A DNA stretch of 64,000 nt from an uncultured bacterium (GTDB lineage: Bacteria; Krumholzibacteriota; Krumholzibacteriia; LZORAL124-64-63): positions 168,989 to 232,988 of the forward strand of contig CAVSZB010000004.1 of assembly GCA_963732385.1 (NCBI GenBank), written 5' to 3'. Numbering within the stretch: position 1 is the first letter of the stretch; each line of letters starts with the position of its first letter. The translations under genes and the position numbers were made by a program. The notes beneath the pieces were generated by a model. That model did not search any database. It saw only the letters and a program-made list of their open reading frames with translations, and was not told the DNA's origin. Below are positions 9,869 to 20,989 of the stretch, in pieces.

Positions 9869-10864
9869 CTATAGGTCGGCGATCGCGATTTCGCGCCGTT
9901 GGCGGTGGGATCGGTAGCAGGCGGCGACGATTTCCAGGGTGCGCAGGCCGTCCTGCGCCGTGACCGGCGGCGCGGGGCGCCGCAGGTCGCGCGCGTTGGC
10001 GAGCCAGTCGCCCAGCACGAGCGGCAGGGTGGGGGAGGCGGCCGACACGTCGTCCGTCGTTATCTCGCGCCCCCGGATGACGCGCAGACCGCCGAACTGG
10101 TAGTCGGCCAGAAGCTGACCCTCCTCGCCGACCGCTTCGAGCAGACAGCCGCGCGTACGGCCGAACTTGCTCACCTCGAAGGAGACCAGCGTGCCATCGT
10201 CGAGTTCGGCGCGGGCAAGGAAGAGATCCTCGCAGGCGTGGTTGCGCCAGCTTCGCTGGCGGGAGTCCACGGCGACCACTTCACGGCCGGTGAGGAACCG
10301 CGCCAGATCGAAGATGTGCACGCCGGTCAGCAGGACCGAGCCGCCGCCCGCCGTCGCCGGATCCTGCTGCCAGGCGAGCGCTGTCGGCTCGAGCCGTTGC
10401 GCCAGGCGCACGAGACGCACCGGGCCGAGCGTCGGCCAGAGCTGTCGCGCGCGCCGCACCACCGGATTCCAGCGCAGGGTCTGGGCGAGCATGAGGGGCG
10501 GGGCGCCGCTCGCCGTGCCGTCGGCGTCGAGCCGCGCGAGGGCGCGCGCCTCGTCGAGGGTGGCGGTGAGCGGCTTTTCGAGCAGCAGCGGCTTGCCGGC
10601 CGCCAGCACCGCGCGCGCGAGTTCGAAGTGCGAGGAGGGGGGCGTGGCCACGATTACACCATCGACGTCGGCGGCGTCGATCAGGCGCGCCGCGTCGGCC
10701 TCGTAGCGAACGCCGGTTTCCCGCGCGAGCGCCTCGCCGGCTGCGCGGTCGCGCCGGCAGAGGGCGGTGGGGCGCAGCCCCGGCACGTCGCCGAGCGCGT
10801 GCCGGAGGTAGCGCCCCCCGTGAACGCCGGCGCCGATGACGCCGACACGCAGCGGTGTCGCCAT
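9869..10864 (-). CDS. Gfo/Idh/MocA family NAD(P)-dependent oxidoreductase
   Basis: MATPLRVGVIGAG Rossmann motif, ATPPSSH, LLEKPL, GGGSVLLTGVHIFD; ATG overlaps the cytochrome stop (TGATG). Confidence 0.9.
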   Translation of the reverse strand: MATPLRVGVIGAGVHGGRYLRHALGDVPGLRPTALCRRDRAAGEALARETGVRYEADAARLIDAADVDGVIVATPPSSHFELARAVLAAGKPLLLEKPLTATLDEARALARLDADGTASGAPPLMLAQTLRWNPVVRRARQLWPTLGPVRLVRLAQRLEPTALAWQQDPATAGGGSVLLTGVHIFDLARFLTGREVVAVDSRQRSWRNHACEDLFLARAELDDGTLVSFEVSKFGRTRGCLLEAVGEEGQLLADYQFGGLRVIRGREITTDDVSAASPTLPLVLGDWLANARDLRRPAPPVTAQDGLRTLEIVAACYRSHRQRREIAIADL

Positions 10865-12213
10865 CAGGGGCGCGCCGCCCAGGTGAACTGGTGCGGCCAG
10901 GCCGCGGTGTTGGACGGCACCGATGTGTGGCAGATGTTGCAGGCCGACGGCTGCGCGCCGGAGCCGCCGTGTTCTTCGCCGAAATCGCCCGCGCCGCCGC
11001 CGTGCGAGTTGTCGTGGCAGACCGCACAGGAACCGAGGCTCTTCGCACGCGACTGGTACTGGATCGACTGGTAGTTGTCGCTCGCCTCGCGGCTCGGCAC
11101 CATCGCGTGAGGGCTGCCGTGGCAACCGGCGCAGTAGACGCCGCCGTGCCCTTTCGCGTTCCGGTACAGGACGGCGCCGGTATCGACCTCCTGCACGCCG
11201 CCGTGGCAGGTCACACATTTTGGCTCGCTCACCCAGGGGACGCGTCCGCCTGTCGCGATGCTGGAGGCGACCTGCGCCAGGTCCCCGTGGCACGCCACGC
11301 AGTGCCCGTCATCGGCCGTATGGGCCAGGCTGCGCGTGCACTTCGTCACCGCGCCGGGATGGCAGTCGTAGCAGGCGGCGCCCCGCGCGGCATGCGAGCC
11401 GTGGATCACGCGCGACAGGTAGTTTTCCGGGTCGTCCGGGGTGGCGCTGCCCAGGGCGGGGCTGGCGTGGCATGATGCGCACAGGATCGGTTTGTTATCG
11501 ACGTGGCTGGTCCCGTGCAGGACGTCGTGCGCCAGCAGGATATTGTTGAACGGGCTCACGCCGCCGCCGCCGGTCAGGCTCACCGTACCGGTGCCGCCCT
11601 GCGCGTGGCACTTCGCGCAGTCGATCTCGTCGGAGGTGGGCACCGTGCAGCGGGTCTGCGCGATGACCTGTCCGGCGCTGCGGACGGTGATTTCGGCCAC
11701 CTGGTAGGGGTTCCAGCTGTTGTCATCGAGCACCGGCACCAGCGGCACGCCGTCGACCGTGAAGTGGTCGCCGCGCAACGTCAGCGCGCCCGACAAGCCG
11801 TTGTGGACCGCCGGTTCCGCCAGGTTCAGCCCGGTGTCAACGGCGAGCGACACCCCGAAGAGCTGCTGCGCGTGCGTCCAGAACTGGGCGAAGATCCCGC
11901 CGTGGCTGTCCGTTTTTCCGGAGGAGGAGGTGTTGCCCACGATCCGGTATTCCACCGTCACTCCGCTCGTGACGACATGGGGCGGTGCGCCGCGCCGGAT
12001 CACCTGGGCCCAGATCGTGTTGTACGGCGGCAGGATGACCGCTTCGTCGTAGGTCGGATTGAGGCAGTGCATGCCGAGGTCATTCCAGGCGATCACAATG
12101 GTCTCGCTCTGCTGGATGCCGACCGCGTTGACATCCTGGCTGCTGCAGCCGCTCAGCGCCCACGCCAGCAGGGGCAGCGCCCCCCACGTCAAACACGACA
12201 GTCTGTGCTTCAT
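10864..12213 (-). CDS. multiheme (8 CxxCH) c-type cytochrome, predicted lipoprotein
   Basis: Lipobox LSG-C; CAKCH, CASCH, CYDCH, CVACH, CVTCH, CAGCH, CAVCH, CNICH; N-terminal heme-free domain with AWNDLGMHC. Confidence 0.92.
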   Translation of the reverse strand: MKHRLSCLTWGALPLLAWALSGCSSQDVNAVGIQQSETIVIAWNDLGMHCLNPTYDEAVILPPYNTIWAQVIRRGAPPHVVTSGVTVEYRIVGNTSSSGKTDSHGGIFAQFWTHAQQLFGVSLAVDTGLNLAEPAVHNGLSGALTLRGDHFTVDGVPLVPVLDDNSWNPYQVAEITVRSAGQVIAQTRCTVPTSDEIDCAKCHAQGGTGTVSLTGGGGVSPFNNILLAHDVLHGTSHVDNKPILCASCHASPALGSATPDDPENYLSRVIHGSHAARGAACYDCHPGAVTKCTRSLAHTADDGHCVACHGDLAQVASSIATGGRVPWVSEPKCVTCHGGVQEVDTGAVLYRNAKGHGGVYCAGCHGSPHAMVPSREASDNYQSIQYQSRAKSLGSCAVCHDNSHGGGAGDFGEEHGGSGAQPSACNICHTSVPSNTAAWPHQFTWAARP

Positions 12214-12533
12214 GATCGTGGATTCCTTTCCGGGCGAGGGCCCGACACCGAGGCGGCGGGGAGGAATACCTCGTGACTGTACGCCTGCGCAATCGCAGAG
12301 TCAAATGACGTAACGCCCATGTCGGGCGACGTTGAATGATATTTAAAGCACGCCCTTGCAATGGTTTGTCAAGGATGTATCACGTAGTGCATGAAGTCGC
12401 GATCGCAGTTGTCCACGCATTTGACGTCCCGCCTCTCGCCCTGAAGCGAGGCTGGCGCGACTCTGGCAGCACGGCTCCGTGACCCGGGCGGTCCTGCGCC
12501 GCCTTCCATCTCCTCCCGGATCGGAGTGGTTCC

Positions 12534-13181
12534 ATGTCGAAGCGCCATCGCGCCCCGTTCTCCGTCTGCCTGTTGTGTGCCGCCGCGCTCGGAGTGACTT
12601 CGTCATCCCCGGTCGCAGCGGCGGTCGTGCTGTCTGAAATCCTCGGCGACCCGGCCCGCGACTGGAACGGCAGCGGTGCCGTCGACAGCCGTGACGACGA
12701 ATGGGTCGAAGTGCTCAACACCGGTCCCGACCCGGTCGATCTCGCGGAATACTATCTGCGCGATGCGCTGGGGACCGAGCCGCATCTGCGTCTGTCCGGC
12801 CTGCTGGCGGCGGGGGAGGTGCGCGTCTTCCACGGCAGCGACGCGGTAGCCTGGCAGACGGCGCAGGAACTGACTCTCACCGGGCTCTCGCTCAACAACG
12901 CCGGCGACACCGTCGAATTGCACCGCGGCGTTCCGGGCGAGCCCGGTTCGCAACTGGTCGACGTCTACATCTATCGCGACCATGAGGCGGAGGACGATCG
13001 TTCGAGCGCCCGTCAGGCGGATGGCACCTGGATCCTGTTCGACTACTACCTGCCGTACACCGGCGCGCTGACACCGGGCGGCAGTGGCTGCGCCCCTTCG
13101 CCCGGCGCCGTGAACGTCTGCGAAGGCAATGTCGCCGACGAGCGGTCGAGCTGGGGGGGGCTCAAGAGCGACTACCGCTGA
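12534..13181 (+). CDS. exported lamin-tail-domain (LTD) protein with a C-terminal WGxLKS motif
   Basis: Signal peptide; VVLSEIL..DEWVEVLNTG..VDL..LNNAGDTVEL..SPGAVN LTD signature; ends VADERSSWGGLKSDYR. Confidence 0.85.
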   Translation: MSKRHRAPFSVCLLCAAALGVTSSSPVAAAVVLSEILGDPARDWNGSGAVDSRDDEWVEVLNTGPDPVDLAEYYLRDALGTEPHLRLSGLLAAGEVRVFHGSDAVAWQTAQELTLTGLSLNNAGDTVELHRGVPGEPGSQLVDVYIYRDHEAEDDRSSARQADGTWILFDYYLPYTGALTPGGSGCAPSPGAVNVCEGNVADERSSWGGLKSDYR

Positions 13182-13343
13182 TATTTCTGCGGTCGGTGCC
13201 GTCGCGCCGCCCGGCACCGTGCCAGCGCGCCGCCGGCGTCTGGGACCCCGCTACCCGGACGCCGGCTGCCGCGCGACTTCCGCAAAGGCGGTGCCGGTGT
13301 TATCGTTTCCCCGGCGCCGGTGCCGCCGGCGCGGGGAGGCCGC

Positions 13344-14360
13344 GTGACGCAAGCGTCGTATGACCCCGAAGCCCTCGTCGCGCGGCTCTGCGCGGGCGAC
13401 AACCTGGCCTGCGCGCGCGCGATCACCTACGTCGAAGCGCTCGACGCACGGTCTGACGCGCTGCTGGCGCTCCTGTTCCCGCGGCTGGGCCGGGCCTGGC
13501 GCGTGGGTGTGGCCGGTCCGCCCGGGGCCGGCAAGAGCACACTGGCGCTGCGCCTGGCGCGGATCTGGAGGGATCGCGGCTGGCGGGTCGGTGTCATCGC
13601 TGTCGATCCCACCTCGCCGCTTACGGGGGGCGCGCTGCTGGGCGACCGCATCCGGCTGCGGGATGTCGCCACCGACCCCGGCGTTTTCATTCGCTCTTTG
13701 GCGACCCGCGGTTCGCTCGGCGGCCTGAGCCTGGCGACCGGACGGGTCGCCGACGTACTCGATGCCTGGGGCGCCGACGTTGTCCTGATCGAGACGGTCG
13801 GCATGGGTCAGGTAGGGGGAGATGTGCGGCTGGAGGCCGACACCACCGCTGTCGTCATGGTGCCGGAGTCGGGTGACGGGGTCCAGACCATGAAGGCCGG
13901 GATCCTGGAGCTGGCCGACGTGCTGGTGGTCAACAAGGCGGACCGTCCCGGAGCCGCGGACATGCTGAGGCAACTCGCCGCGCGCGGCGGTCGCGCCCCC
14001 GGACTGCCCGGGCACGGCCTGGTGGAGGCCGGAGGCGCTGCCGCGTGGGACCCTCCCGTCATCGGCACCTGCGCCGCCGACGGGGCCGGAACTGTGGAGT
14101 TGGCCGCGGCCCTCGATCGTCACCGCGCCGTGGTCGCGGCGGCGGGCACGCGGGCGCGAGACGACGATGCGTTCTGGCGCGAGAGGTTCGCCCGTCTGGC
14201 GGAAACGGCCATCGTGCGGGAGTTGCGTGGCGCGCTCGCGGCCGAACCGGCGTTGGCGCCGCGTCTGGCGGCCGTACGGCGTGGCGAAACGCCCTTCGGG
14301 GCGCTGCTGGCCGAGGTCCTTGACCGGTTCCGGGGGCGTCCGACCGGTCATTCCGGATGA
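13344..14360 (+). CDS. meaB: methylmalonyl-CoA mutase-associated GTPase MeaB/ArgK
   Basis: GPPGAGKST, AVDPTSPLTGGALLGDRIR, IETVG, QTMKAGILE, NKAD. Confidence 0.95.
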   Translation: MTQASYDPEALVARLCAGDNLACARAITYVEALDARSDALLALLFPRLGRAWRVGVAGPPGAGKSTLALRLARIWRDRGWRVGVIAVDPTSPLTGGALLGDRIRLRDVATDPGVFIRSLATRGSLGGLSLATGRVADVLDAWGADVVLIETVGMGQVGGDVRLEADTTAVVMVPESGDGVQTMKAGILELADVLVVNKADRPGAADMLRQLAARGGRAPGLPGHGLVEAGGAAAWDPPVIGTCAADGAGTVELAAALDRHRAVVAAAGTRARDDDAFWRERFARLAETAIVRELRGALAAEPALAPRLAAVRRGETPFGALLAEVLDRFRGRPTGHSG

Positions 14361-14452
14361 AAAGTCTGTGCATGCAGGATTTGTTCGGTTAACCTGCTTC
14401 CGCTTCGCGCCGGCCTGGCGCGCGTGGCGGGACGAGCGTGGGAGGCTCGAGG

Positions 14453-14881
14453 ATGTCCGTCAAGCGCGTGCTGGTCGCCAAGCCTGGTCTGGATGGCCAC
14501 GACCGGGGGGCCAAGGTGGTAGCCAACGCCCTGCGCGACGCCGGCATGGAAGTGATCTACACCGGGCTGCATCAGACGCCGGAGATGATCGTCCAGGCCG
14601 CGCTGCAGGAAGACGTCGATGTGATCGCGCTGAGCGTCCTGTCGGGAGCCCACATGACGGTGTTCCCGCGGGTGATGCAGCTGTTGCGTGACGGTGGCGG
14701 CGACCAGATCGCCGTCACTGGCGGCGGGATCATTCCCGAGGCGGACCGACAGGCCCTGCAGACCCTGGGTGTGGGGCGCCTGTTCGGCCCCGGCAGCACC
14801 ATGGCCGAGATTGTCGCCTACATCCGCGCCCTGCCGGGCCGCCCGGCCGACGGGCAGGGAGTTGACGGACCCGCGGGCTGA
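14453..14881 (+). CDS. methylmalonyl-CoA mutase small (cobalamin-binding) subunit
   Basis: [15 protein letters not shown] (DxHxxG), SVLSGAH, GGGIIP. Confidence 0.95.
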   Translation: MSVKRVLVAKPGLDGHDRGAKVVANALRDAGMEVIYTGLHQTPEMIVQAALQEDVDVIALSVLSGAHMTVFPRVMQLLRDGGGDQIAVTGGGIIPEADRQALQTLGVGRLFGPGSTMAEIVAYIRALPGRPADGQGVDGPAG

Positions 14882-14968
14882 CCGGTCTCCCCTCGGTCGA
14901 CGCTCGCGAAGCGCGCCGCCCCGTCGGGCGGCGTGGCGCGGGTCCGCCGTTCGCGCCGAGGAGGATCG

Positions 14969-16111
14969 ATGGGGTTCACCGAAAACCAGAAGATGATCCG
15001 CGACCTTGCCCGCAGTTTCGCGCAGGACAAGGTCCGGCCGATCGCCGCCGCCTGCGACGAGAGCGGCGATTTTCCCGTGGCCACCGTGCGGGAGATGGGC
15101 GAACTCGGACTGCTCGGCCTGACCGTGCCCGAGGAGTTCGGCGGGGTCGGCGCCGACACGCTTTCCTACGCGCTGGTGGTGGAGGAGCTGGCGAAGGTCT
15201 GCGGCAGTCACGCCCTGATCTGCGCCGCGCATAACAGTCTCGGCTGCGGGCCGATCGTCAACTTCGGCTCGTCCGACCAGAAAGACCGCTGGTTGCCGGG
15301 GGCCGCCCGCGGCGAATACCTGCTCGCCTTCGGCCTGACCGAGGCGGGCGCCGGCAGCGACGCCGGCGGCACCCGCACGACCGCCGTGCGCGACGGCGAT
15401 GGCTGGCTCGTCAACGGCAGCAAGATGTGGATCACCAACGCGCACCAGGCGGGCGCGGTGATCATCACGGCGGTGACCGGCCAGGCGGGCGGCGCCGGCC
15501 ACGGCATCAGCGCCTTCATCGTCCCGACCGGGACCGCCGGTTTCACGGTCGAGCGCAAGGAGGACAAGCTCGGGGTGCGCGCCTCCGACACCTCTCCGCT
15601 GACCCTCGTGGATGTTCGCCTGCCGGCGGACGCCCTGCTCGGCGCCGAGGGGCAGGGATTCCGGGCCTTCATGCAGATTCTCGACGGCGGGCGGATCTCG
15701 ATCGCCGCCATGGCGCTCGGCCTGGCGGTCGGCGCCTTCGAGGCGGCGCGGTCCTACGCGAAGACCAGGGTGCAGTTCGGACGACCGATCGCCGCCAACC
15801 AGGCCGTGCAGTTCATGCTCGCCGACATGGCGACCCGCATCGAGGCTTCCCGCCTGCTCACCTGGGAGGCGGCCCGGCTTAAGGATGCCGGTCGGACGCA
15901 CGGACGCGAGGCCGGCATGGCGAAGCTGTACGCCAGCGAAACCGCAATGTTCGTCACCGACCGGGCCATCCAGATCCTGGGGGGCTACGGCTTCACCAGG
16001 GACTACCCGGTGGAGCGGTTCTACCGCGACGCGAAACTCTGCACGATCGGCGAGGGGACGAGCGAGATCCAGCGTCTCGTCATCGCCCGAGCCCTGCTCG
16101 AGGACGACTGA
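14969..16111 (+). CDS. acyl-CoA dehydrogenase (short/branched chain)
   Basis: [49 protein letters not shown]. Confidence 0.95.
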   Translation: MGFTENQKMIRDLARSFAQDKVRPIAAACDESGDFPVATVREMGELGLLGLTVPEEFGGVGADTLSYALVVEELAKVCGSHALICAAHNSLGCGPIVNFGSSDQKDRWLPGAARGEYLLAFGLTEAGAGSDAGGTRTTAVRDGDGWLVNGSKMWITNAHQAGAVIITAVTGQAGGAGHGISAFIVPTGTAGFTVERKEDKLGVRASDTSPLTLVDVRLPADALLGAEGQGFRAFMQILDGGRISIAAMALGLAVGAFEAARSYAKTRVQFGRPIAANQAVQFMLADMATRIEASRLLTWEAARLKDAGRTHGREAGMAKLYASETAMFVTDRAIQILGGYGFTRDYPVERFYRDAKLCTIGEGTSEIQRLVIARALLEDD

Positions 16112-16126
16112 GAAGGAGGACCCGTC

Positions 16127-17314
16127 GTGAGCGACAAGCCGGTCATCGTTGAAGCCCTGCGCACCCCGATCGGCCGCTTCCAGGGCGGCCTTGCCGATCT
16201 GCCGGCGCCGCGCCTGGGCGCGGTTGCCGTGCGCGCCGTGCTCGAGCGCTGTGGTCTCGATCCCGAACTGATCGACGAGGTCATCATGGGGAACGTCGTG
16301 CAGGCGGGGCTCGGCCAGAACCCCGCGCGGCAGGCGGCCATCCACGGCGGCGTGCCGCCGAGCGTCAGCGCCCTGACCATCAACAAGGTCTGCGGCTCGG
16401 GGCTCAAAGCGGTGGCGCTGGCGGCGCAGGCTATCCGCGCCGGCGACGCGAGCTGCGTCTTGGCGGGGGGCATGGAGAACATGAGCCGCATCCCGTACGC
16501 GTTGCTGGGCGCGCGCGACGGACTGCGTCTCGGCCACGGGCAGGTCACCGATCTGCTGGTTCACGACGGCCTGTGGGACGTGTACAACGACTACCACATG
16601 GGGATGACCGCGGAGCTGGTCGTCGAGAAGTACGGGATCACGCGCGAGGAGCAGGACGCTTTTGCGGCCGAATCGCAGCGGCGCGCCGTGGCCGCGCGCG
16701 ACGCCGGCGAATTCGCGCGTGAAATCGTCCCGGTCGAGGTGCCGCAGCGCAAGGGCGATCCGGTGAAGGTGACGCAGGACGAGGGTCCACGCGCTGAAAA
16801 CACTGTGGCGGCGCTGGCGAAACTCAAGCCGGCGTTCAAGCGCGACGGCGGCACGGTCACGGCCGGCAACGCCTCCACCATCAACGACGGCGCGGCGGCG
16901 CTGCTGGTCTGCGGTCAGTCGTTCGCGCGGTCGCACGGCCTGAAGGTGCGCGCCGTGATCGAGGGTTACGCCACCGGCGGCGTGGAACCGCAGTGGGTGA
17001 TGATGGCGCCGGTGCGCGCGCTGCGGAACCTGCTCGGACGCGTGGGGCGTCCGCTGGCCGATTTCGGCCTGTTCGAATTGAATGAGGCGTTCGCGGCGCA
17101 GGCGGTGGCCGTCTCGCGGGAGGCGGGACTCGATCCCGCGCTGGTCAATGTGCGCGGCGGTTCGATCGCTCTCGGGCATCCGATCGGCGCTTCCGGCGCG
17201 CGCATCCTGGTCACGCTGCTGCACGCCATGGAGGACCGGGACGTCAAGCGCGGCATCGCCGCGCTCTGTCTCGGCGGTGGCGATGCGGTCGCCCTGGCGA
17301 TCGCACGTCCGTGA
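16127..17314 (+). CDS. acetyl-CoA C-acetyltransferase (thiolase)
   Basis: [27 protein letters not shown] catalytic motifs. Confidence 0.97.
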   Translation: MSDKPVIVEALRTPIGRFQGGLADLPAPRLGAVAVRAVLERCGLDPELIDEVIMGNVVQAGLGQNPARQAAIHGGVPPSVSALTINKVCGSGLKAVALAAQAIRAGDASCVLAGGMENMSRIPYALLGARDGLRLGHGQVTDLLVHDGLWDVYNDYHMGMTAELVVEKYGITREEQDAFAAESQRRAVAARDAGEFAREIVPVEVPQRKGDPVKVTQDEGPRAENTVAALAKLKPAFKRDGGTVTAGNASTINDGAAALLVCGQSFARSHGLKVRAVIEGYATGGVEPQWVMMAPVRALRNLLGRVGRPLADFGLFELNEAFAAQAVAVSREAGLDPALVNVRGGSIALGHPIGASGARILVTLLHAMEDRDVKRGIAALCLGGGDAVALAIARP

Positions 17315-17354
17315 CCGCGCGCATCGACAGTCACCACAACGCGAAGGGAAGGGC

Positions 17355-18197
<843 letters not shown>

Positions 18198-18212
18198 CGC
18201 GGGGAGAGGGCC

Positions 18213-19352
18213 GTGGATTTCAGCCTGACCGAACAGCAACGGACGATCAAGCAGCTGGCCGCCGATTTCGCCGCCCGCGAGGTGGCGCCGATCGCCGCCG
18301 CGATCGACCGCGAGGAGCGCTTCCCCACGGCGGTGGTGAAACGGCTCGGCGAGCTCGGCTTCATGGGGATGAACGTGGCGCCCGAGTACGGCGGCGCCGG
18401 GCTCGACACGATCAGCTACGTGGTCGCGATGGAGGAGGTCTCGAAGGCCTGCGCCAGCACCGGCGTGATCATGTCGGTGAACAACAGCCTGGTCTGCTGG
18501 CCGCTGGAAACGTACGGGGACGAGGCGCAGAAACGCGACTTCCTCGCGCCGCTGGCGAAGGGGGAGAAGCTCGGCGCCTTCTGCCTGAGCGAGCCCAACG
18601 CCGGCACCGACGCCGCCAACCAGCAGACCCGCGCCGTGCGCGACGGCGACGAATGGGTGCTCAACGGGATGAAGAACTTCATCACCAACGGCGCCCACGC
18701 CGACCTGCTGATCGTGTTCGCGATGGCCGAGCCGGACCAGAAGCACAAGGGGATCAACGCCTTCATCGTCGAGACCGACCGCCCCGGATTCGCGGTGATC
18801 GCGAAGGAGAAGAAGCTGGGCATTCGCGCCTCGGACACCGCTCAACTCGCCTTCGACAACGTGCGGATCCCCGCCGGCCATCTGCTCGCCCGGCCTGGCG
18901 ACGGCTTCCGTATCGCCATGTCGACGCTCGACGGCGGACGCATCGGGATCGCTGCGCAGGCGCTTGGCATCGCGCAGGCCGCCTACGAGGCCGCGCGCGC
19001 CTACGCCCGCCAGAGGGAGCAGTTCGGCCGCCCGATCGCCGGTTTCCAGGCCATCCAGTGGAAAATCGCCGACATGTGGATGCGGCTGGAGTCGGCGCGC
19101 CTGCTCACCTACCGCGCGGCCTGGCTGAAGGACCAGAAGGTGCGGCACACGGAGGAATCGGCCATGGCCAAGCTCGCGGCCAGCGAGGCGGCCGGCTTCA
19201 TCGTGAACGAGGCGGTGCAGATCTTCGGCGGCAACGGCTACAGTAAGGAGTTCCCGGTCGAGCGTCACTTCCGCGACGCGAAGATCACCGAGATCTATGA
19301 AGGCACGAGCGAGGCGCAGCGCCTGGTGATCGCCGCGTCCCAGTTGAAGTAG
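18213..19352 (+). CDS. acyl-CoA dehydrogenase (butyryl-CoA-type)
   Basis: FCLSEPNAGTDA, KKLGIRAS, REQFG, IYEGTSEAQR. Confidence 0.95.
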   Translation: MDFSLTEQQRTIKQLAADFAAREVAPIAAAIDREERFPTAVVKRLGELGFMGMNVAPEYGGAGLDTISYVVAMEEVSKACASTGVIMSVNNSLVCWPLETYGDEAQKRDFLAPLAKGEKLGAFCLSEPNAGTDAANQQTRAVRDGDEWVLNGMKNFITNGAHADLLIVFAMAEPDQKHKGINAFIVETDRPGFAVIAKEKKLGIRASDTAQLAFDNVRIPAGHLLARPGDGFRIAMSTLDGGRIGIAAQALGIAQAAYEAARAYARQREQFGRPIAGFQAIQWKIADMWMRLESARLLTYRAAWLKDQKVRHTEESAMAKLAASEAAGFIVNEAVQIFGGNGYSKEFPVERHFRDAKITEIYEGTSEAQRLVIAASQLK

Positions 19353-19360
19353 GCGGCGCG

Positions 19361-20503
19361 ATGGACTTCGCATTCACCGAGAACCAGCTCATGATGCGCG
19401 ACATGGTGCGCGATTTCGCGCGCCGCGAGATCGCTCCGCTGGCGCGCGAGATGGACGAGCGCCAGGAGATCCCCGACGCGCTCCTGGCGAAAATGCGCGA
19501 GCACGGCTTCTTCGGCCTCTCCTTCCCCGAAGCCTACGGCGGGCTGGCTGTGGACACGGTCACCTACGCCCTGATTATCGAAGAACTCAGCCGCGCCAGC
19601 GCCGGCGTGGCGATCATGGTGACGGTGCACAACAGCGTCGGTTCCTACCCGCTGGCGATGTTCGGCAGCGAGGAGATCAAGCAGCGTTTCCTGCCGCGCA
19701 TGGCGGCGGGTGAGATCGCGGCGTTCTGCGTCACCGAGCCGGGCGCCGGCAGCGATGCCGCGGCGTTGGCGAGCACGGCCCGCCGCGAAGGCGATACGTA
19801 CGTGCTCAACGGCAGCAAGCTGTTCGTGACCAACGGCGCGAAGGCCGCCTTCTACGTGATCCTCGCCCGCAGCCCCGGCAGCAGCGGACACCAGGAGGTG
19901 CACGCGTTCCTGGTGGAGCGGGGGACCCCGGGCCTGACGATCGCCAAGAAGGAAGACAAGATGGGCCTGCGGGCCTCCGACACCGTCGCTCTCGACCTGA
20001 CCGATGCGCGCGTGCCGGCTTCCCAGCTGCTCGGGCGCGAAGGGGACGGATTCCGGATCGCCATGTCGGCGCTCGACGGGGGGCGCATCGGCGTGGCGTT
20101 CCAGGCGCTGGGCATCGGCCTGGCCTGTCTCGATGAGGCGATCGGCTACGCGAAGGTCCGGGAGCAGTTCGGGCGTCCCCTGGCAGACCAGCCGTCCGTG
20201 CGCAATCTGCTGGCCGACATGGCGACCGAACTGCAGGCGGGCCGCCTGCTCGGCTTTCACGCTGCCTGGCTGAAGGACCATGGCCGGTCGTGCACCAAAG
20301 AGGCGGCCATGGCGAAGCTGTACGGCACCGAGGCCGCCTGCCGGGCGGCCGACGCGGCTCTGCAGATCCACGGCGGCTACGGCTACGTCAAGGATTACGC
20401 GGTCGAGCGCTATTATCGCGATGTCCGCGTTACCCGCATCTACGAGGGCACGAGCGAAATCCAGCGTCTCGTCATCGCCCGGCGGCTGCTGGCCGAGAGT
20501 TGA
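19361..20503 (+). CDS. acyl-CoA dehydrogenase
   Basis: [34 protein letters not shown]. Confidence 0.95.
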   Translation: MDFAFTENQLMMRDMVRDFARREIAPLAREMDERQEIPDALLAKMREHGFFGLSFPEAYGGLAVDTVTYALIIEELSRASAGVAIMVTVHNSVGSYPLAMFGSEEIKQRFLPRMAAGEIAAFCVTEPGAGSDAAALASTARREGDTYVLNGSKLFVTNGAKAAFYVILARSPGSSGHQEVHAFLVERGTPGLTIAKKEDKMGLRASDTVALDLTDARVPASQLLGREGDGFRIAMSALDGGRIGVAFQALGIGLACLDEAIGYAKVREQFGRPLADQPSVRNLLADMATELQAGRLLGFHAAWLKDHGRSCTKEAAMAKLYGTEAACRAADAALQIHGGYGYVKDYAVERYYRDVRVTRIYEGTSEIQRLVIARRLLAES

Positions 20504-20570
20504 TTTGCGCGGATGGCCGCTCTCCCCCCGCGGGAAGCCGGTCCCTGACCCCGGCAACACTCCATCATCA

Positions 20571-20981
20571 TCAGCGGCAGTGGAGAATCTGGTAGCCCCA
20601 GGCGGCCGTCAGCGCGACCGCGGCACCGAGGCGCCAGAAGCGCCGCTCCGCGGGCCCGAATTCCACCGTGGCGCGCAACCGCGGCGCCGCTGTCGCTGCC
20701 GCGCCCCAGGCGCCCCACAGTCCCAGGGCCAGCGCCCCCACTGTTACCAGCGGGTTCGCCTGCAGTGCGGCGCCCGGATCCAGGCGCGCCAGGGCGAGCG
20801 CCGCGCGTGTGCCGCCGCAGGTCGGGCAGGGAAGGCCGGTGAACTCGAACAGGGGGCAGCGTGCGGCGCGCGCGATCCCATCGCCCCACCAGCGCAGGGC
20901 GGCCCAGCCCAGCGCGGCGATCGCGAGATAGACGAGCGCCAGCAGGCGCGGCAGGGGGTCGGTTTCCGGGCGGAGGTGCAT
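20571..20981 (-). CDS. DUF2752-like membrane protein
   Basis: CPLFEFTGLPCPTCGGTRA..ALQANPL motif with flanking TM helices. Confidence 0.85.
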   Translation of the reverse strand: MHLRPETDPLPRLLALVYLAIAALGWAALRWWGDGIARAARCPLFEFTGLPCPTCGGTRAALALARLDPGAALQANPLVTVGALALGLWGAWGAAATAAPRLRATVEFGPAERRFWRLGAAVALTAAWGYQILHCR

Positions 20982-20989
20982 GGCCGGCG

